A stretch of DNA of 54,849 nucleotides, filler included, from Sphacelaria rigidula (GCA_964200075.2; 3 parts of 3 records of this genome joined end to end with filler, not necessarily neighbours in it); one strand, 5' to 3'. Counted from the whole stretch's first letter, positions 26,401 through 39,600 are shown. The notes: generated by a model not told the origin, from the sequence alone. Made by a program: numbers and translations.

Positions 26401-28046
26401 TGAAGCTATGCAAAAGCACGGGAAGAGCTAGGCAGGCGGCGAACTCTAAAAACAACACGTTGTTTATGCTCATTTCATCTTTGTTTGAAAGGTTCAGACC
26501 AAAATTGGGAAATACCACTAGACTGCGAGGTGCCAGCTCCGACAATCTCAGGTGACCATTCTGACCAACTACAGCTCTCAAAATGGTCACTCCTGTCGGG
26601 TTTCGTACCTGAATTAGGCACTTCTGTAGGAAACACAGATCGTTGCCTCCGGGAGCGGGTCAGCTGTTCTGCGAACTGGCCTCCATACCCCTGTCAAAAA
26701 CCACGCCTCCGCCCCCCCGAAACCCCCGGATGTCCCTGGAATGTCAGCCGGTGAAAGGTTTCCGAGGCGACCCTTGCCGTCAAAGGAGCCTGTGATATTT
26801 CGATTCTTGACACCTACAACTTTGGCTGATGAAACGGACTTCGACGGGTAACCCGCCAGTGAGTAGCACGCTCGTTCTGTTGATGAGAGTGACCTTAGGG
26901 TAAGCACACGTGGCACCTGGGAAGTGCTAGCAGGCCCTCTGTTGCCCGTGCGATCTCAACTTGCCAGCGGGATGCGCTATGGCACCTCAGGTGTCACCAT
27001 CACAATGCACGATAACGGGATGCGCCCCATCATACGGACAGATTGAATTCAACTCATTGATGTTGGTATATTGAGAATAGGGTATGTTGACGATGTGTCG
27101 ACGGCCGGTTCATCCGCGTTCGGTGGGTGTCTTGCGCCTTTTGGTGGGTGGGATTGAGTGTGGGAGGCTTTGTGCCATTTCATGTATGGTGGCGATTTGG
27201 TATTTATGCGCGCACTAGGCACGCTATTGCACAAAAGCGTTAATCAGAAAGTAGGTCTGAAAAGCCTACAAGAACGACCAAATGAGGCATAGCGGATGAA
27301 GTCCACTTGTAGCCCCCACACTAGTTACATGTATCAATAATACAAAGAAGTAACCATCGTTCATTAGTTTCAAGATGAATAGATCGAGCACGGACCCGAA
27401 AAGGGGTTTCAGGTAAGTGTTGTGTTGGATGGGTAGTAGTTGAAGTATAGTATTTTCGCATCGTGCAAGTAATGTAGCGAAATGAGTGTATGTCTCTATC
27501 GTGGCACACAACATATTACGCGTGACAGGCGACGATACGCTTCCTTCAGTTTCAGTATGTACATCCCGCACACCCCTATAACGGCCAAAAGTCACTCCTC
27601 TCTTCTCTTCTCTGCTGTGCTATTATTTTCTCTAATATCCCTCCACCACGCTGCTTCGTGGCACCCCGCTGTATTGCAAAACCAGCGGTCCACCCTTCAA
27701 GCGCTCGTCACACCTATTTCAAGGTCAGCAACAACAGCAGGAGGAGTCACAGCAACCCAACAGGAAAACCCGTACCAACGTCAAGGGGCCCTTTACCACC
27801 GCTTCTTCAATGGTAATGCCCGAGCTGCGCCTCAGCGGCCCTCACCCAGGCGGGCGAACCACCAACATGAGTGACCGTGTAACAAACTCTCGATGCATTG
27901 GTGTCCGACAGAATCACCCTGCTCAAGGGGAGGACTGGGAGAGGTACGATGGAGCAAACGGCTGTGGATCAGCACGGGAAATATTTAGTGTTGACAGCAA
28001 CGGGGAAGAAGATGAGGCTACGGACATGTTTGCGTACGAACCTTGA
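20462..28046 (+). CDS. Uncharacterised coiled-coil protein, 3' part (at least two exons)
   Basis: Exon 20462-20667 (TAG acceptor, GTAAGC donor, phase 2) reads LDDLRTEHAEIQAMADGLNQRNQALGNELRHLERQVK. It joins in phase to terminal exon 27686-28046 (CAG acceptor after a pyrimidine tract; GPPFKRSSHLFQGQQQQQEE...EEDEATDMFAYEP*). A further possible upstream donor GTAAGC is at 20239. Confidence 0.6.
21631..25817 (-). mobile_element. Full-length but decayed LINE (APE endonuclease + RT, RTE-like) in an intron
   Basis: Endonuclease motifs ATWNVRTM, ALQETR, IVGYAPTE, DTNARTG, LDYILV and SDHRL (25116-24300). RT motifs GKAVGTDD, QGYALSPRFFNI and MLYADDAGI (23600-22600). Many stops and frameshifts. A degenerate TTATAAA lies on both flanks. 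Confidence 0.93.
26025..26200 (-). mobile_element. Second, diverged LINE 5'-UTR fragment
   Basis: Similar to 25597-25722 (ttgacagtaggagtc...ggcct.ac.cggcctc.g.gg.tcgg). Confidence 0.5.
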
Positions 28047-29324
28047 AACCAAGCAGAGAAAGAGGGAGAAAGAGAGAGAGAGAGAGAAAGAGAAAGAGAG
28101 AGAGGAGGGCGCGGGGGGGGGGGGGGGAGGAAAGACAAAGGAGTGGGTGTTGCCTCCAAACAAAGCTTCGCTGGCATGTGTTTCAGGCTTGACGAAACGG
28201 TGTAAATGAAAGAGAGAGCCAGCGAAGGCTACCTGCCTGAATGCGTTCCGTTCACCGTGGAACAAAACCCGAGCTGGACTCAAACACGCAGGACGAGAGA
28301 CAAAGATGGCGAAAATGATTCCCTGTATCTATCGCCCGATTCAATTGCCCTTGCGCACAGCATATTGCGGAGTATACACTCGAAGGAACGAGGAATGAAT
28401 GAACATAAATCCCTGCCTGCAGCTATTCGTCGATTTTCCCCTGCCCATCCGAACGCGACTCCGCTGTTTGTGTTTTATAGCGCCCACAGGCAATGCTGGC
28501 GCACCTTCATTTCAGTGCAGTCCAGACCAGCCGGTTCAGAAGCTTACACGAGCAGCCGCTAGTATACGGTTTCTTTGCATTAGAGCGGCTCTAGGTCATG
28601 GACAGGCTGAACGGCGTGCGTATAGCGTGACCCGGATTGCAAAGTAGATGTCCCACAGTATAGACAGGTGTCGTAACACAACGCGACAACATGTGCTTTC
28701 ACAACCCGATTCACATTGTTCGCGCGTCGTTCAACTCATCTACAAGGTACCATAACCTAGGGAAGTCATCAAACGCGGGTAGTGTGTACCAGTGGTCACC
28801 CTTGTAGGTGAAAATAGCGATGGGGAGCCGTGCGTTATTGCGCAGCCTTCATCCGAGATACTATATCAATCTGAGGTATCATTTCCATCTGGATATCTGT
28901 TGCGGCTGATATCAGCCATATGGATAAAATACGTTATGGAGTATGTACGCATGCTATGTGCGGTAGATTGTGTCATATTCCTGTAATAGGTGTGTCGTAC
29001 TGGATCCGGCAGGGTTTGGAATATACCCCCAAGCCTTGCACAATCTTAGCTACCCCAGCTGAAAAGTATAATTGAAGAAATAATCAGATCTTTACACGGA
29101 GCGACCCCCCTGGCATTAGGGACTCCTTAACTGCATGTGCACGTGGGCCTATGTCGAATACAGTACTGCTTTGGACTTTCTGGTCTGATGTCCTGAATAT
29201 TTTGCTCATCCAGACGCACCTGTTACAATCAAGCTGGCGGTTTACACTTCGCAACCCCCAGTTTGTGTGCTCGTACGCGTACGTGTGTGCACCCAGAGCA
29301 CGCGAGCACACCTGTTTTTTTTTT

Positions 29325-29490
29325 TCCTTGATGGAAGGAGGAAACCCAACCCAACACTTACCTCGCTGGCGACCGCAACGATCGCGAGCGAGTTCGTGTG
29401 CCGATTACACACCTGGTGACCAATCCGAGGATCGAACTCGGGCCCTTCGCCAGTGACAGACTCTCTCGTTCGAACTCGCGGAGGGCGCCT
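29325..29490 (-). mobile_element. tRNA-derived SINE fragment
   Basis: Minus-strand B-box hairpin ccgagttcgatcctcgg followed by tggtcacca and an A-rich tail. Confidence 0.45.
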
Positions 29491-29770
29491 ACAGAACAGG
29501 GATGCATGGCCCTACTAAGGTCTATCCCATATTTCAGGCCATATCTAGCCGGTAGGAGGTTCAGGTTTGATCACTGACTGTTCGGTTCTCATATGATTGT
29601 TTCGTAGTCGCGACCTTTGCCCCAAGCTACACAGGCGCAACTTCAGGTTGATGAAGTACGACGTCGAGTTACTGAGGGATCCAAGCATGTGCTGCAGGGG
29701 TCTTGTTACTGCACGTGAGTGAACCACGAGCCGACATCAACACCTCATTCCCAGATGATTGCACATCAGA
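29491..29770 (+). mobile_element. Ty3/gypsy RNase H relic
   Basis: With one frameshift and one stop it translates to TEQGCMALLRSIPYFRPYLAGRRFRL/ITDCSVLI*LFRSRDLCPKLHRRNFRLMKYDVEL. This matches the gypsy RNase H pattern E.LA...A...FRPYL.GR.F.L.TD...L.W. Confidence 0.8.
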
Positions 29771-30359
29771 TTCGCCAGAGGAGTTCACACGTTCCCGTGG
29801 AGCACAATGTGCGGGGCAGTGATTGCCGGAATCATCGCGGGATGGTACAGATAAATCCACAAATATCGACACAAATGGAATACATCTGTGAGAGTGAGAA
29901 TGCTTATTACGGTTGATTTCTTTCTGATTGAAGTTATCTTAATCTTTCCCCCTGTACGCAACAGTAACTTACTCCTGAATGTACCGGAAACCTCGAATTT
30001 GAGATTGCTCTATTGGTGAGGGCTGATCATCCTCATTGCCCTCGAAATCATTCTCAATCGGGATATTTCAAACTCAAGAGGTCCAGAAACATTTAGGGTA
30101 AATCATAGTGGAATATATTGGGAACCTCGAGTTTGAGATACCTCTATCATATAACTTTTTGTGCTACTCTTGTGATGGGAGAGGATCCTTTTTAATGATG
30201 ATGCGACAGGAAACGGGAAATGCCACGCGTAAGCCCTTGGGCTATGATCACACATGGAACCACATACCCGAGGTGCACTGGAGGAAAAAGAGACGCGCCT
30301 AGCTATAATCCCCAGCGTTTGCCTAGTGAGCACGCATGGATTCATCGGCGGAAAGTACG

Positions 30360-30905
30360 GGTAGAGGATCTTAGTAAGGTAGTGATCACGCGCAAGGTGA
30401 ATCGGCATTATCGCACGGTCGGAACGCGCACCGTCTCTCGCACGAGGAAGCGAAGCAGCAGCTACACCTGCACAATCACCAGCTGTGTACGGTTGGGGGT
30501 GGGCTAAACCAGCCGGTGCCAGAGTCATGCTACGATAGAGGGAGGGAGATTCAATTCCACAAACAAATGGGCTCATAGATGCTTCAGACGACCTAATATA
30601 CTAGCGGTGCGCTTATACTTCGGTGAAAGTGATGTCGAGCACTATGAATGAGCGTTGTTCACCAGAAGCAAGCGCGTTCGAACAACCCTTGCTGCTATCA
30701 GCGACGGTTACAAGTAGAATTTTGTCGGAAAAAACGGTCTAAAATACCCCTCCCCCTACCGTAGCATGACTCGCCGATACTGCTGTTGCTGTTGCTGCTG
30801 CTGCCGCTACTGCTTATCCTCTTTGTGCGAGAGCCGCCCCACGGTCCGACCCCGCGACAACATCGATGCACCTTGCGCGTGATAGCCACCCTGCTAGAAA
30901 TCCCT
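30360..30905. repeat. Diverged inverted repeat pair
   Basis: 30360-30545 versus the reverse complement of 30745-30905: shared atcacgcgcaaggtg.atcg, ctctcgcac and gagtcatgctacg.tag.ggga. Confidence 0.7.
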
Positions 30906-32254
30906 GGTCTGCTTGCGTGTTGTTGTAACGTCATCACATTATCACTCATCAGTTTGCTTCGCGGGAGGAGAGGCGGGCGATTTCTGGTGATTGTGCATTA
31001 TGAGGTATTGAACCGTGATATTTCCATTCTCGCCATTTGTTATTGACCGTCATACCATTCCCATTCTCATAATTTCCTCATCAAAACGGAGTGTCTCGAT
31101 CAAATAGGGCCTGAAGAAGCAGGGATCAATTACAACTAGGGCTGTGAACTGCACCACTCAATAAAGGGATCGCCTCAACCATTGGGTTCGATATCGCGAT
31201 GTGGTTGACCCTGTTTCGGGAGTTTCACCATTCATGCGGCAATAGTTGGAACATCGCAATGACTTTCGCAGGGTGCATGGCACTTCCTACGATAACCCCT
31301 TCCCCAAAAGTGGCTGGTTTGGCGAGGCAAAATCTATACATGAATCGCAATGAGAAAAGCAGAGCACAACGAGCAGCTGAAGTTCCCGCGCTTGGCTTCG
31401 TTGTCGCCAATAACAGTGGATCCTGGAAAATGGGGTCCATCTACAAAATGAGGTTGAAATGGCATTTTTGTTTGCAGGGATCACGCGAAATACTTACGAC
31501 CGAGCGAAACCATCTTCCCCCCAAAATGTCCACAGCAGTTAAGCAGCTGTGGCTAGGTACACCTAAGGAATGCGGTGTGCACGCCTGTCGATGACGATAT
31601 CACCACAGAGAGAAGCAACGACAGAAATGAATATCCTCGCCCGTGTCCTTTGTGTGTTCTCGCTCGGCAATTCCCAAACTCTCGAGAGACTGGCATCATC
31701 GATGTTACCAGCATGTGCCCAATTTTTCATGTGCCGAAACATCGAGCTGCGGAGAGATTTTCTCTCGTCTTAGAATTGCCTTTCGAGCTCACAAATGCCA
31801 AGATCGATTTCTCCCTGCCTCTCCGTTTTGACACGACGCTGAAAAACATGTTGCTGAAAAACAGGGCAATGTTCCCGTCACCGCAACCACTGTTCTCTGC
31901 CTCACACATGCTAACAAGGGCGTTGGCGCGGCCATAACAAATAGATCCAACTTGAACTTTGGGGGTGTTATTCATCATTGATTTTACCCACATCTGACCC
32001 TCGGGATCCCGACGAGAACAACGTGCCATATGCCAGTTGAGGGGGGTGTATGAGAGATCAAACACTTGTAGAGACCTTTTTGACATGCGGAGTGAAAACA
32101 GATACGTATGGTGGTGACCTAACTGTTGCTAGTGCGGCGTATAGGAGTGCGTCCATGCTGCAGTCTGAAGCACACGCTGGTCGCGTGAACACCTAGCTCG
32201 GTACAGTACGAGTAGCTTTCCAGAAATATTCCAATGTCAGGAGGTCATGCATTA

Positions 32255-33593
32255 CTAGCTGGAAGGAGAGTACTCTGCGACTAACCACTTGTCGTCGCAT
32301 TTGAGACCCACGCCATCAACCGCCGACAGCAAAGGTCTTGTGGCTAGTACGCAACGCTGTCGGTAGTATGGCAGGCAAACCCGATCATAGCTAGCTTTCG
32401 TTGCTACGATACTTCCTCCCGACCGAAGTTCGCAACGGGTACGAAAGCTAAACAGTTGATTTTTCTCAACTTCATCCACCCAATTCAAACGACTCTCAAG
32501 TGCTTGGCCGATGGGTTGCAAGCTATTCGCTCCAGCACTCCTCATCGAAGTATTTGCATTTTCCACGTACACAGTTCGCCCCGCTACGGACGAACCATAA
32601 GATCCCGAGTCACCACCGGATGACGTAGTGGAAGAAGTAGCAGCGGAGGAACCACCATCCGCCGCCGATTGCTTGCTGCCGCGGCCGCCGCGGCCGCCTC
32701 CCTGGTTGGCACGGCCCCGTCCACCGTGACGACCGCCCCGAGATCCTGATGAACCTCGCGCATTGCCCTGTGCCGCGCCTTGAGCGCGAGGCTTGGGGCA
32801 GTTCTTGATCAGTTGTCCGGTGTCGCCGCACTTGTAACACGCGCGAGTGGACGACGCTCGCGAAGACGGCTGCTGTTTCTGTTGCTCTTGCTTTTTGCGG
32901 CGCACACCACCTGTACTTGTTGCAGAATCGCGCCGGCTATGTGCCTCAATGAATTTCCACCGGTCGGCTGCACCAAATATTTTGTTGAACACCACGGTCG
33001 GGTTTTGTTTCCAGCGGTCACCACACGTTAGTGCACTTCTCAAACATGCCTTGAATTCCGGAGGCGAAATCCCTTCCACCAAAGCTGTGGAAATCGGCTC
33101 GGTCGGGCCTGGCAACCAACTCCTGCCCTCCGCACGGTACATGGCTTGCACCGTCCGATTTTCCGCGAAAAACCTTTCCACCGCTGAACTGATCACCATC
33201 GCACGATCCTTGACAGATTCCCCACCGCTTAGTTAGTAGCATCGTAGGTATTCTACGCAGGTCTGCTGCAGCCCGCGCAGCGTCATGCTTGCCGCCGGTT
33301 GTAGTGTTCTCGGCATGCTGCTTCACAGCATCTAGCAATTCGTCGGGGGTCATAGCTCGATGATCCTTGTTCATATCTTCGACGCACTGGTGAATATTGG
33401 CAGGAATAAGTTGTCCGATGCTCACTCTTTCATGCCATATGACTCCTGTACTATTGGCTAAACTCAGCATCTTTAAATAGTCGAGATATGCGGCATAAAA
33501 CCTTCTTGACGCCTCTTCAGTCCACACTTCGCCATACTTGGGGGACTCCCGTGTCTCACCTAACACCAGCGGCGCTGCCGCCGCTTGAGCCAT
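32255..33593 (-). mobile_element. LTR-retrotransposon gag (Ty3/gypsy-like), frameshifted, no adjacent pol
   Basis: Two overlapping ORFs (33018-33866 and 32255-33199) join at about 33230. Zinc knuckle CYKCGDTGQLIKNC (His replaced by Gln) followed by an RGG-rich tract. Confidence 0.75.
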
Positions 33594-33994
33594 GTCGACT
33601 AAAATCCAACACTTCACTGAGAGACTCTCGCCCGACTTGTGCGTCCTCCAGCGCACAGAGCGCCTCCCACTGCTGTGCGCTTCAAGTTGTCTCTCTGTCT
33701 GCGGGATAAACTGGCTGTAGCCGCAGTCCACTTTCTCCTCGGCCCAAACTCCTCTAACAGGTTGCAGGAAGAATAATATCAAGATATTATGACCTCTGCC
33801 AGACGATCTGGACAAGAGGACTATCCACGAGGACGTCTCCAGTAGCACTGGCCTTGTGCTCGACATGTCCTCTCTTCTGACTTGTTATTCTTGCGGAGTG
33901 ATCTAGAAACAGACCACATCATGAGCCAGACAGCAAGAGGCCACACAGATAAGGGCCATCAATCCAGGATCCCCTGTCCCCTACCACTGCCCCA

Positions 33995-36455
33995 AGCATT
34001 CATGGCTTGGTATCATTTGGCTATTCAAAGGAATCAATGTTTAACACTTGTCCATCCAATGATAAGGTTAGGATTGGAAATGCGGCTTTAATTGATGTTG
34101 AGTGCGTCGGTACGGTAACTATTGTGTTTCCGAGTGAAACTGGAGATGTGGCATTGAGGCTTGAAGATGTTGCTTACGTACCAGAGTTGAAATTTAGAGT
34201 GTTTTCTTTGGTTGCTGCTCACTAGAATAACTGCATTTCAAGCCAGAGGAAGATGAGGTCACACTCAGTCTTCTCGATGGCAGACTCAAGTTTCCGTTTG
34301 ATGGTGCATCCTTTTGTAAGCTTGGCTACCGGATAGACTGCAATGACGTTATTTCCCCTTCACACGTTTTGCCCATAATGGAAGTTCGGGTGAAGCACTT
34401 TCCTGATGAGGTGCCTACTGCCGTCCCAGTGCTTGCCCCCGGTGATTCCGTATCGCCCACGAGTATTGATGTCCATGAATTTCACTGTTCATATGGGCGT
34501 TCACACGACTTTATTCAAACGACTTTATTTTGAAGGAGACAGTGAAAGCACTTAATGTAAAGTTGTGTGGAGAACTGAAACCTTGTACAGGCTGTTCAAT
34601 GGCAGAAGGCGATCGCAAACCAACTGGTAGAAGAACAAATACTCGGGCGGGTAGGAAATCAGGGAGGATATTCACAGATCCAAGTGGACCTAAACCAATT
34701 CCGTCTCTGACAGGGAAGCGGTACGTTATGATTGTCAAGGATGATTACTCGCGTTACTCTTGGCTATCCTTTCTTGCTCAAAAATCTCACTACGGGGAAC
34801 AGTTCAAAACGTTCTTGGCTGATACGCGTGCCGATCGTATTCCCTTTAAAGAGGAAATTATGCCGTCGGGTAATGGAGAATTTTATGGTGGACTGCTGCC
34901 GAGATAGCCCCCCTCCGAACCGGCCAAAAAAGTGCACGGAGGCGATGATCATAAATGCCGTTAGAGCTGGTTTTGTGCTGCACGACGCGACTCATTCGGG
35001 CGTTGCAGCTGATTTCGGACTGCTACACCCTCTCATGTGGGCGAAACTGCTGCAGATGAGCCCAATAGTGGAATTGCAGCCGGAGTTTTGGACGGTCTCC
35101 GTTGCACGTTTTGTGGGGTGACTATCTCGGCATTAGTCGGTGTAGAGTTTTCTCGCGTGTGAAGGCAGTTCTGCATCAAGCAAGAGTTCACTAACGCTAC
35201 AAATCCCGAAGACAACGGAGTTGCGGAGCGTGGTCTTGGCATCATTGAAAAAGCAGCACTTGCAGCTCGGATTCAGTCCCCAATTTCCTTCTCGCACGTT
35301 CGATTTCCACCAACGGAACCACTATGGGCGGGGGCAATACACTGGGCTTACGATGCCCTAAATCATACTGCTACGGCTGCGAACCCGCAGCACAAGTCGC
35401 CATACGCGATGTGGCATTGGACTGTGAAGCCGGTGACACCGCATCCTTTTCTATGACCTGGATACTCCCGGTGGGATCGCCCACCTACGTCGTTCCCCCA
35501 GGCCGGAAGCGTTTCCTTTGTCGGGCCGGGAATCGACAACCCGCGTGATTCTCTGCGCATGTTCTCGCGGGCGAACCATGTCGTAGAGACGAGAGACGTC
35601 ACCTGGAAGGCGCCGCCGAGGCGGGAGGTAGCACCACCTGCGATCCCTACACGCGAAACTGCGGAATTTGATAGCGACGAGGAATCGACTCAGGGAGAGT
35701 CCACCTTCGCGTCATCGTCGCATTTACCTTACCTTGGGAGAGGAATCCCTCATCAACGCCGTACAGCTCCGACGGAAATTCGAGCGAGAGGACCAGAAGC
35801 TGAAGGGGTGACTTCGACCCCTGCCAACCAGTCAGACTTCAAATATTCTCCGCCCTTGCCGGATATTGACTCAATGCCGAGCACTACATCGTCTGAGGAA
35901 GAAAGCGAGACATCATCTTCCAAATACATCATCTCCCAAATAGACCGCTCAACACCCACAGCGGCAAGGATAGTAGCCCATCAACTCGCCTCATACATGA
36001 CCGATCCGCGTGATGATGATGAGATTCGGGAGGGTAGAACCCAAGTCCAGACAAAAACCCTCCAACACCGAAACACCGACGGCTTAATCGCCATGCTGGG
36101 GCCCAATGAAGGGGATCAGGTGGTTCATGCCTTGGTGGCGGGACAGATGGAGAAATCGACCGGGCTCCCGACGTGCTCGATGAAGGAAGTGGAACTAGAG
36201 GCGACACCCTATACTGCTACATTCAAATCTCAATATTCTAAATGTTGGGAAAAGTCGATGGAGGCGAGTTTGCTGGCTTGGTAGCAGCAGGAACTTTCAG
36301 TGAAGTTCCAGAGGTACCACATGACTGCAACATAGTAGAGTCTCGGTGGGTTTGCAAGTGGAAAGTTAATGTCAATTGAGAAATTGAGAGACCTAAGTCG
36401 CGATTGGTAGGCAAGGGGTACAGGCAGGTAGAAGGAGTGGATAACTTTTAGACTG
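33995..36455 (+). mobile_element. Ty1/copia LTR retrotransposon pol, decayed and truncated
   Basis: Domain order PR-IN-RT. Protease C-part VAYVPELKFRVFSL; GAG-pre-integrase PCTGCSMAEG; integrase RIFTDPSGP...RYVMIVKDDYSRYSW and IKQEFT...PEDNGVAERG; RT start SRWVCKWK...KSRLVGKGYRQVEGVD. Frameshifts present. Confidence 0.93.
34891..35138. mobile_element. MITE inserted in the copia integrase
   Basis: TIR GACTGCTGCCGAGATAG / CTATCTCGGCATTAGTC flanked by a GGTG duplication (34887-34890 and 35139-35142). Removing it rejoins integrase GEFYG-VEFSRV. Confidence 0.85.
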
Positions 36456-36539
36456 ACCCCCCCGCCCCCCCCCCCCCGCCCCGCCCCTCCCCCCCCGACG
36501 CCCACCGCGACGGCCTTGGAAACCGTCCCGCCCATGCGA

Positions 36540-36639
36540 NNNNNNNNNNNNNNNNNNNNNNNNNNNNNNNNNNNNNNNNNNNNTTAATTAATTAANNNNN
36601 NNNNNNNNNNNNNNNNNNNNNNNNNNNNNNNNNNNNNNN
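36540..36639. other. Artificial contig spacer (44N-TTAATTAATTAA-44N)
   Basis: Identical 100-nt structure to the first spacer. Confidence 0.97.
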
Positions 36640-39600
36640 CAGTAAAATCAAGCCCGTATTCTCCGGGTGCGGGCGGACGATAGAACAGACTCTCGGGGAG
36701 ATACGAGATGGAAAGACGAAACCGTCGGAGCTTCCTATGATAACGGTGATTTGGGGTCCTGAGGACAAGCAGGACGGGCAGCCGTGGTTTTTCTCGCTCA
36801 CCAACCGGCGCTTGTTCGTGTTCACGGTGGGTGTGTGTGTGTGTGTGTGTGTGTGCATGCGCGAGAATATGCTTACACTTGTAGCCTTGTATTTGCTGGA
36901 GGAAGTGCGGGTGGGGGGCTCAGCTCGCGGGTGCGGTTTTACCACACCCATTAATGCTCGAGAAACTGTCATTACTTCACCTAGCCCAGCATTCTAAATG
37001 TTTCGTAGCGGCTGAATGGTGTTACGTTATAAAACCCTGTTTTAAAATCGCATGCCTGGACCCCGGGGGGGGGATGGGGGGAGGGCGGCGGACGTCTTTT
37101 TCCCCAATGGTTGATAACTGTGGAATTTCCCAGCCGAAACAATACGACGGACTTGGCTTAGAATCCTGCATGATTTGGACGTCCAAGTTCGTCCATATGC
37201 TTGTATCTGTGTTAGACCCTGAAGGAGCTGACGTCCTTCAAGGTGCGGGTGTAAGGCGGGGTAGCGCTCTTTGTTTCCGCCCACTGCGCGCATATATATC
37301 GCACTGATGGTCCGCAAAATGCACGATTCTCTCTGTAGCCTCGACTCTTGCTACAGAGAGGATTTTGCCAGCATGCCTACCAACACATGAAAGTCACTGG
37401 GCAAGATACAGTTCATGTACTTCCTGTACTTCTCGGTGAAGCCTATACTGCACACGTTGAAAGCACTGCTCCTCAGTATTATGCTCTAGTGCCAGAACTC
37501 CCACTTTGGTCTCCTCTTGGAAATCCTGAGGTGCGATGGATGCGGCACTCAGCCAATAATTTTTTTCATGTAGAACTGCACTGTACTGCAGCAGGCAGCA
37601 AAACGATTATGTTGACCCATCGGTCGCACATGAAGCCGCTGCTGCTTGCTGCTGTTGTACTGCTGCAGCTATGTGCAGCAGCACAGGACTGGGATCAACT
37701 ATTGTGTAGCGTTGGGATCAGGTGCAGTGATCGGTGGCGGACATTAGCTGCGTTCATGACTCGCCGCGCGCGAGCAATGCTCTAGCGAGGGTCCTGATTG
37801 ATATTTTATCTTCCTGCCTTCTGTTCGTACCTGGCTGTGCGGTGTAGCTTAGGCGTATCTGAGTGATCCATGCGTCTGAGTTGGGGCCCTGATATCTGTC
37901 ATCTTGGACTGTATACGATAAAAATCGCATGTTGCCCGTAACCGACGACCTCTCGTTTGGGAATTGAATGTGCTCCATTTACATTGCACGTGTGTAAAAG
38001 CGGGCTACAAGTATGCGATGACATCAGCTAGGTGTGTGCATGTTTTGTTTTTTGTTTTTTCTCGAAAGGAGGGAACCTCACCCAAACACTGACCCCGCGA
38101 AGGGGTTGGTGTGCTAATTACCCGGAGGCTCGGCTTGACCACCGTGTGGTGGTCATATGGGGTAAGCGCCTCGAACCTTGGGAAAGCTTTGCTCAAGGCA
38201 GGGTGGGAGTTGAACTCACTAGAACCTCTTATCAGCTTGGCGCACTGCACCCACCGCCCTCCTATTTTTGGCTTGGCCCCTAGGTGTGCATGTACTGTGC
38301 ATGTATTACACACCCTGGACAATATATGGTCAATAGATGCAGTAGACGAGAAACGTACTGCATAAAGTATAGGTCTATCGCAACTATTGCCGGCCGACAA
38401 TAGTAGCAATATGCCAATACTTCATGCAGTACGTTTCTTGTCTATTGCAACTACTGACCAGATATTGTCCTAGGTGTAATGTATAATCACCACTTCTTCA
38501 GCTTTTTGTGATGTTTGCCACCATCTTCCACCGCACCGACCACTTGCCTTCGAACAGACCGTTTGATTGACCACACAAGGAGTAAGCTCCAGTCCCTCAT
38601 GGGCTATACACTTGAAAAACAAAACGCACCGCACGGTGTGTTTCCTGGGTTCAACCGCGGAAGGCGTCGACATCAGGTGCCCAGTCCGGAGTACTGCACA
38701 GACATCGGAATGGTTGACTCGGCATAGGGCCCACAGATAGGGGCGAGAGACATGAGTTGTAACGTTTTCGACCAATCAGAGCCTTCCAATATACGAAAAT
38801 GCGGCGACCTTTTAGCGATCAGATGAGAGAAAGGAGATGCATATGAGTTTCAAAAGAACTTTGAATGGCCCACACATTGCGCCGCTGCGAAACAGACAGC
38901 TGCAACCATCAATCGCTGAGGATACAGCAGCTCCGTGCTGGCTCAGTTTGTTTTCCCCAACCTGCACGCACCCGCCTTGCGTGTCTTCCCCGATCACAGC
39001 ACCCGACCACAATTCAAGTATCAAAGAAGATGCATAGGACAGCTGCACAGCAATCACATGATTTTTCTCAACTTTGTATAAACAACACTTTGATCCCACT
39101 TCAGTTCTGTACAGACCGAAACACGGCATGCAGCAGCAGTACAGCTGTTCAGGCACTCTCCAGCGTGCATCACACGGTGTTCGTCGTAGAGTGTTGAAAT
39201 GCACAACAAGGGCACAGCGACAACTACAGCATAGAATTGATGGATATGGGAAGTGCCTTGTTCGTTTCACTGAAGACGAAATAGCCAACACACCGTGAAG
39301 GTTTCAACGGTGTGTAGGCAGCACCACGTGTCGACTTATACTATTTTCTACAGAGACGAGCACAATGGCAACAAAGCAACTCAGACAGTTCGAGCGGAGG
39401 CCAAACCGTCTTCGCAAAGGTCTATTAATAACACACCACAGCGCAGTGACAGCTACAGCACATCAGAGACGGCGCGAGTGTGTATGTGCTGTCTGCAGCA
39501 CAGTGAAACAGGACACATCCAATGTGTTAGTTCTTCCCCTGATTTTAAAAACGGGTCCTCAATTTTTGCCGAACGCACGATCTCTACACGCTCGGCCATA

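Noticed and set aside
31070..31115. PHQNGVS integrase-like motif
   Set aside because: Too short, surrounded by stops, and no other integrase motifs could be read nearby.
34009..34016. TGGTATCA as a tRNA-Met primer-binding site
   Set aside because: It lies within the decayed copia protease coding region, the match stops after 8 nt, and no LTR end precedes it.
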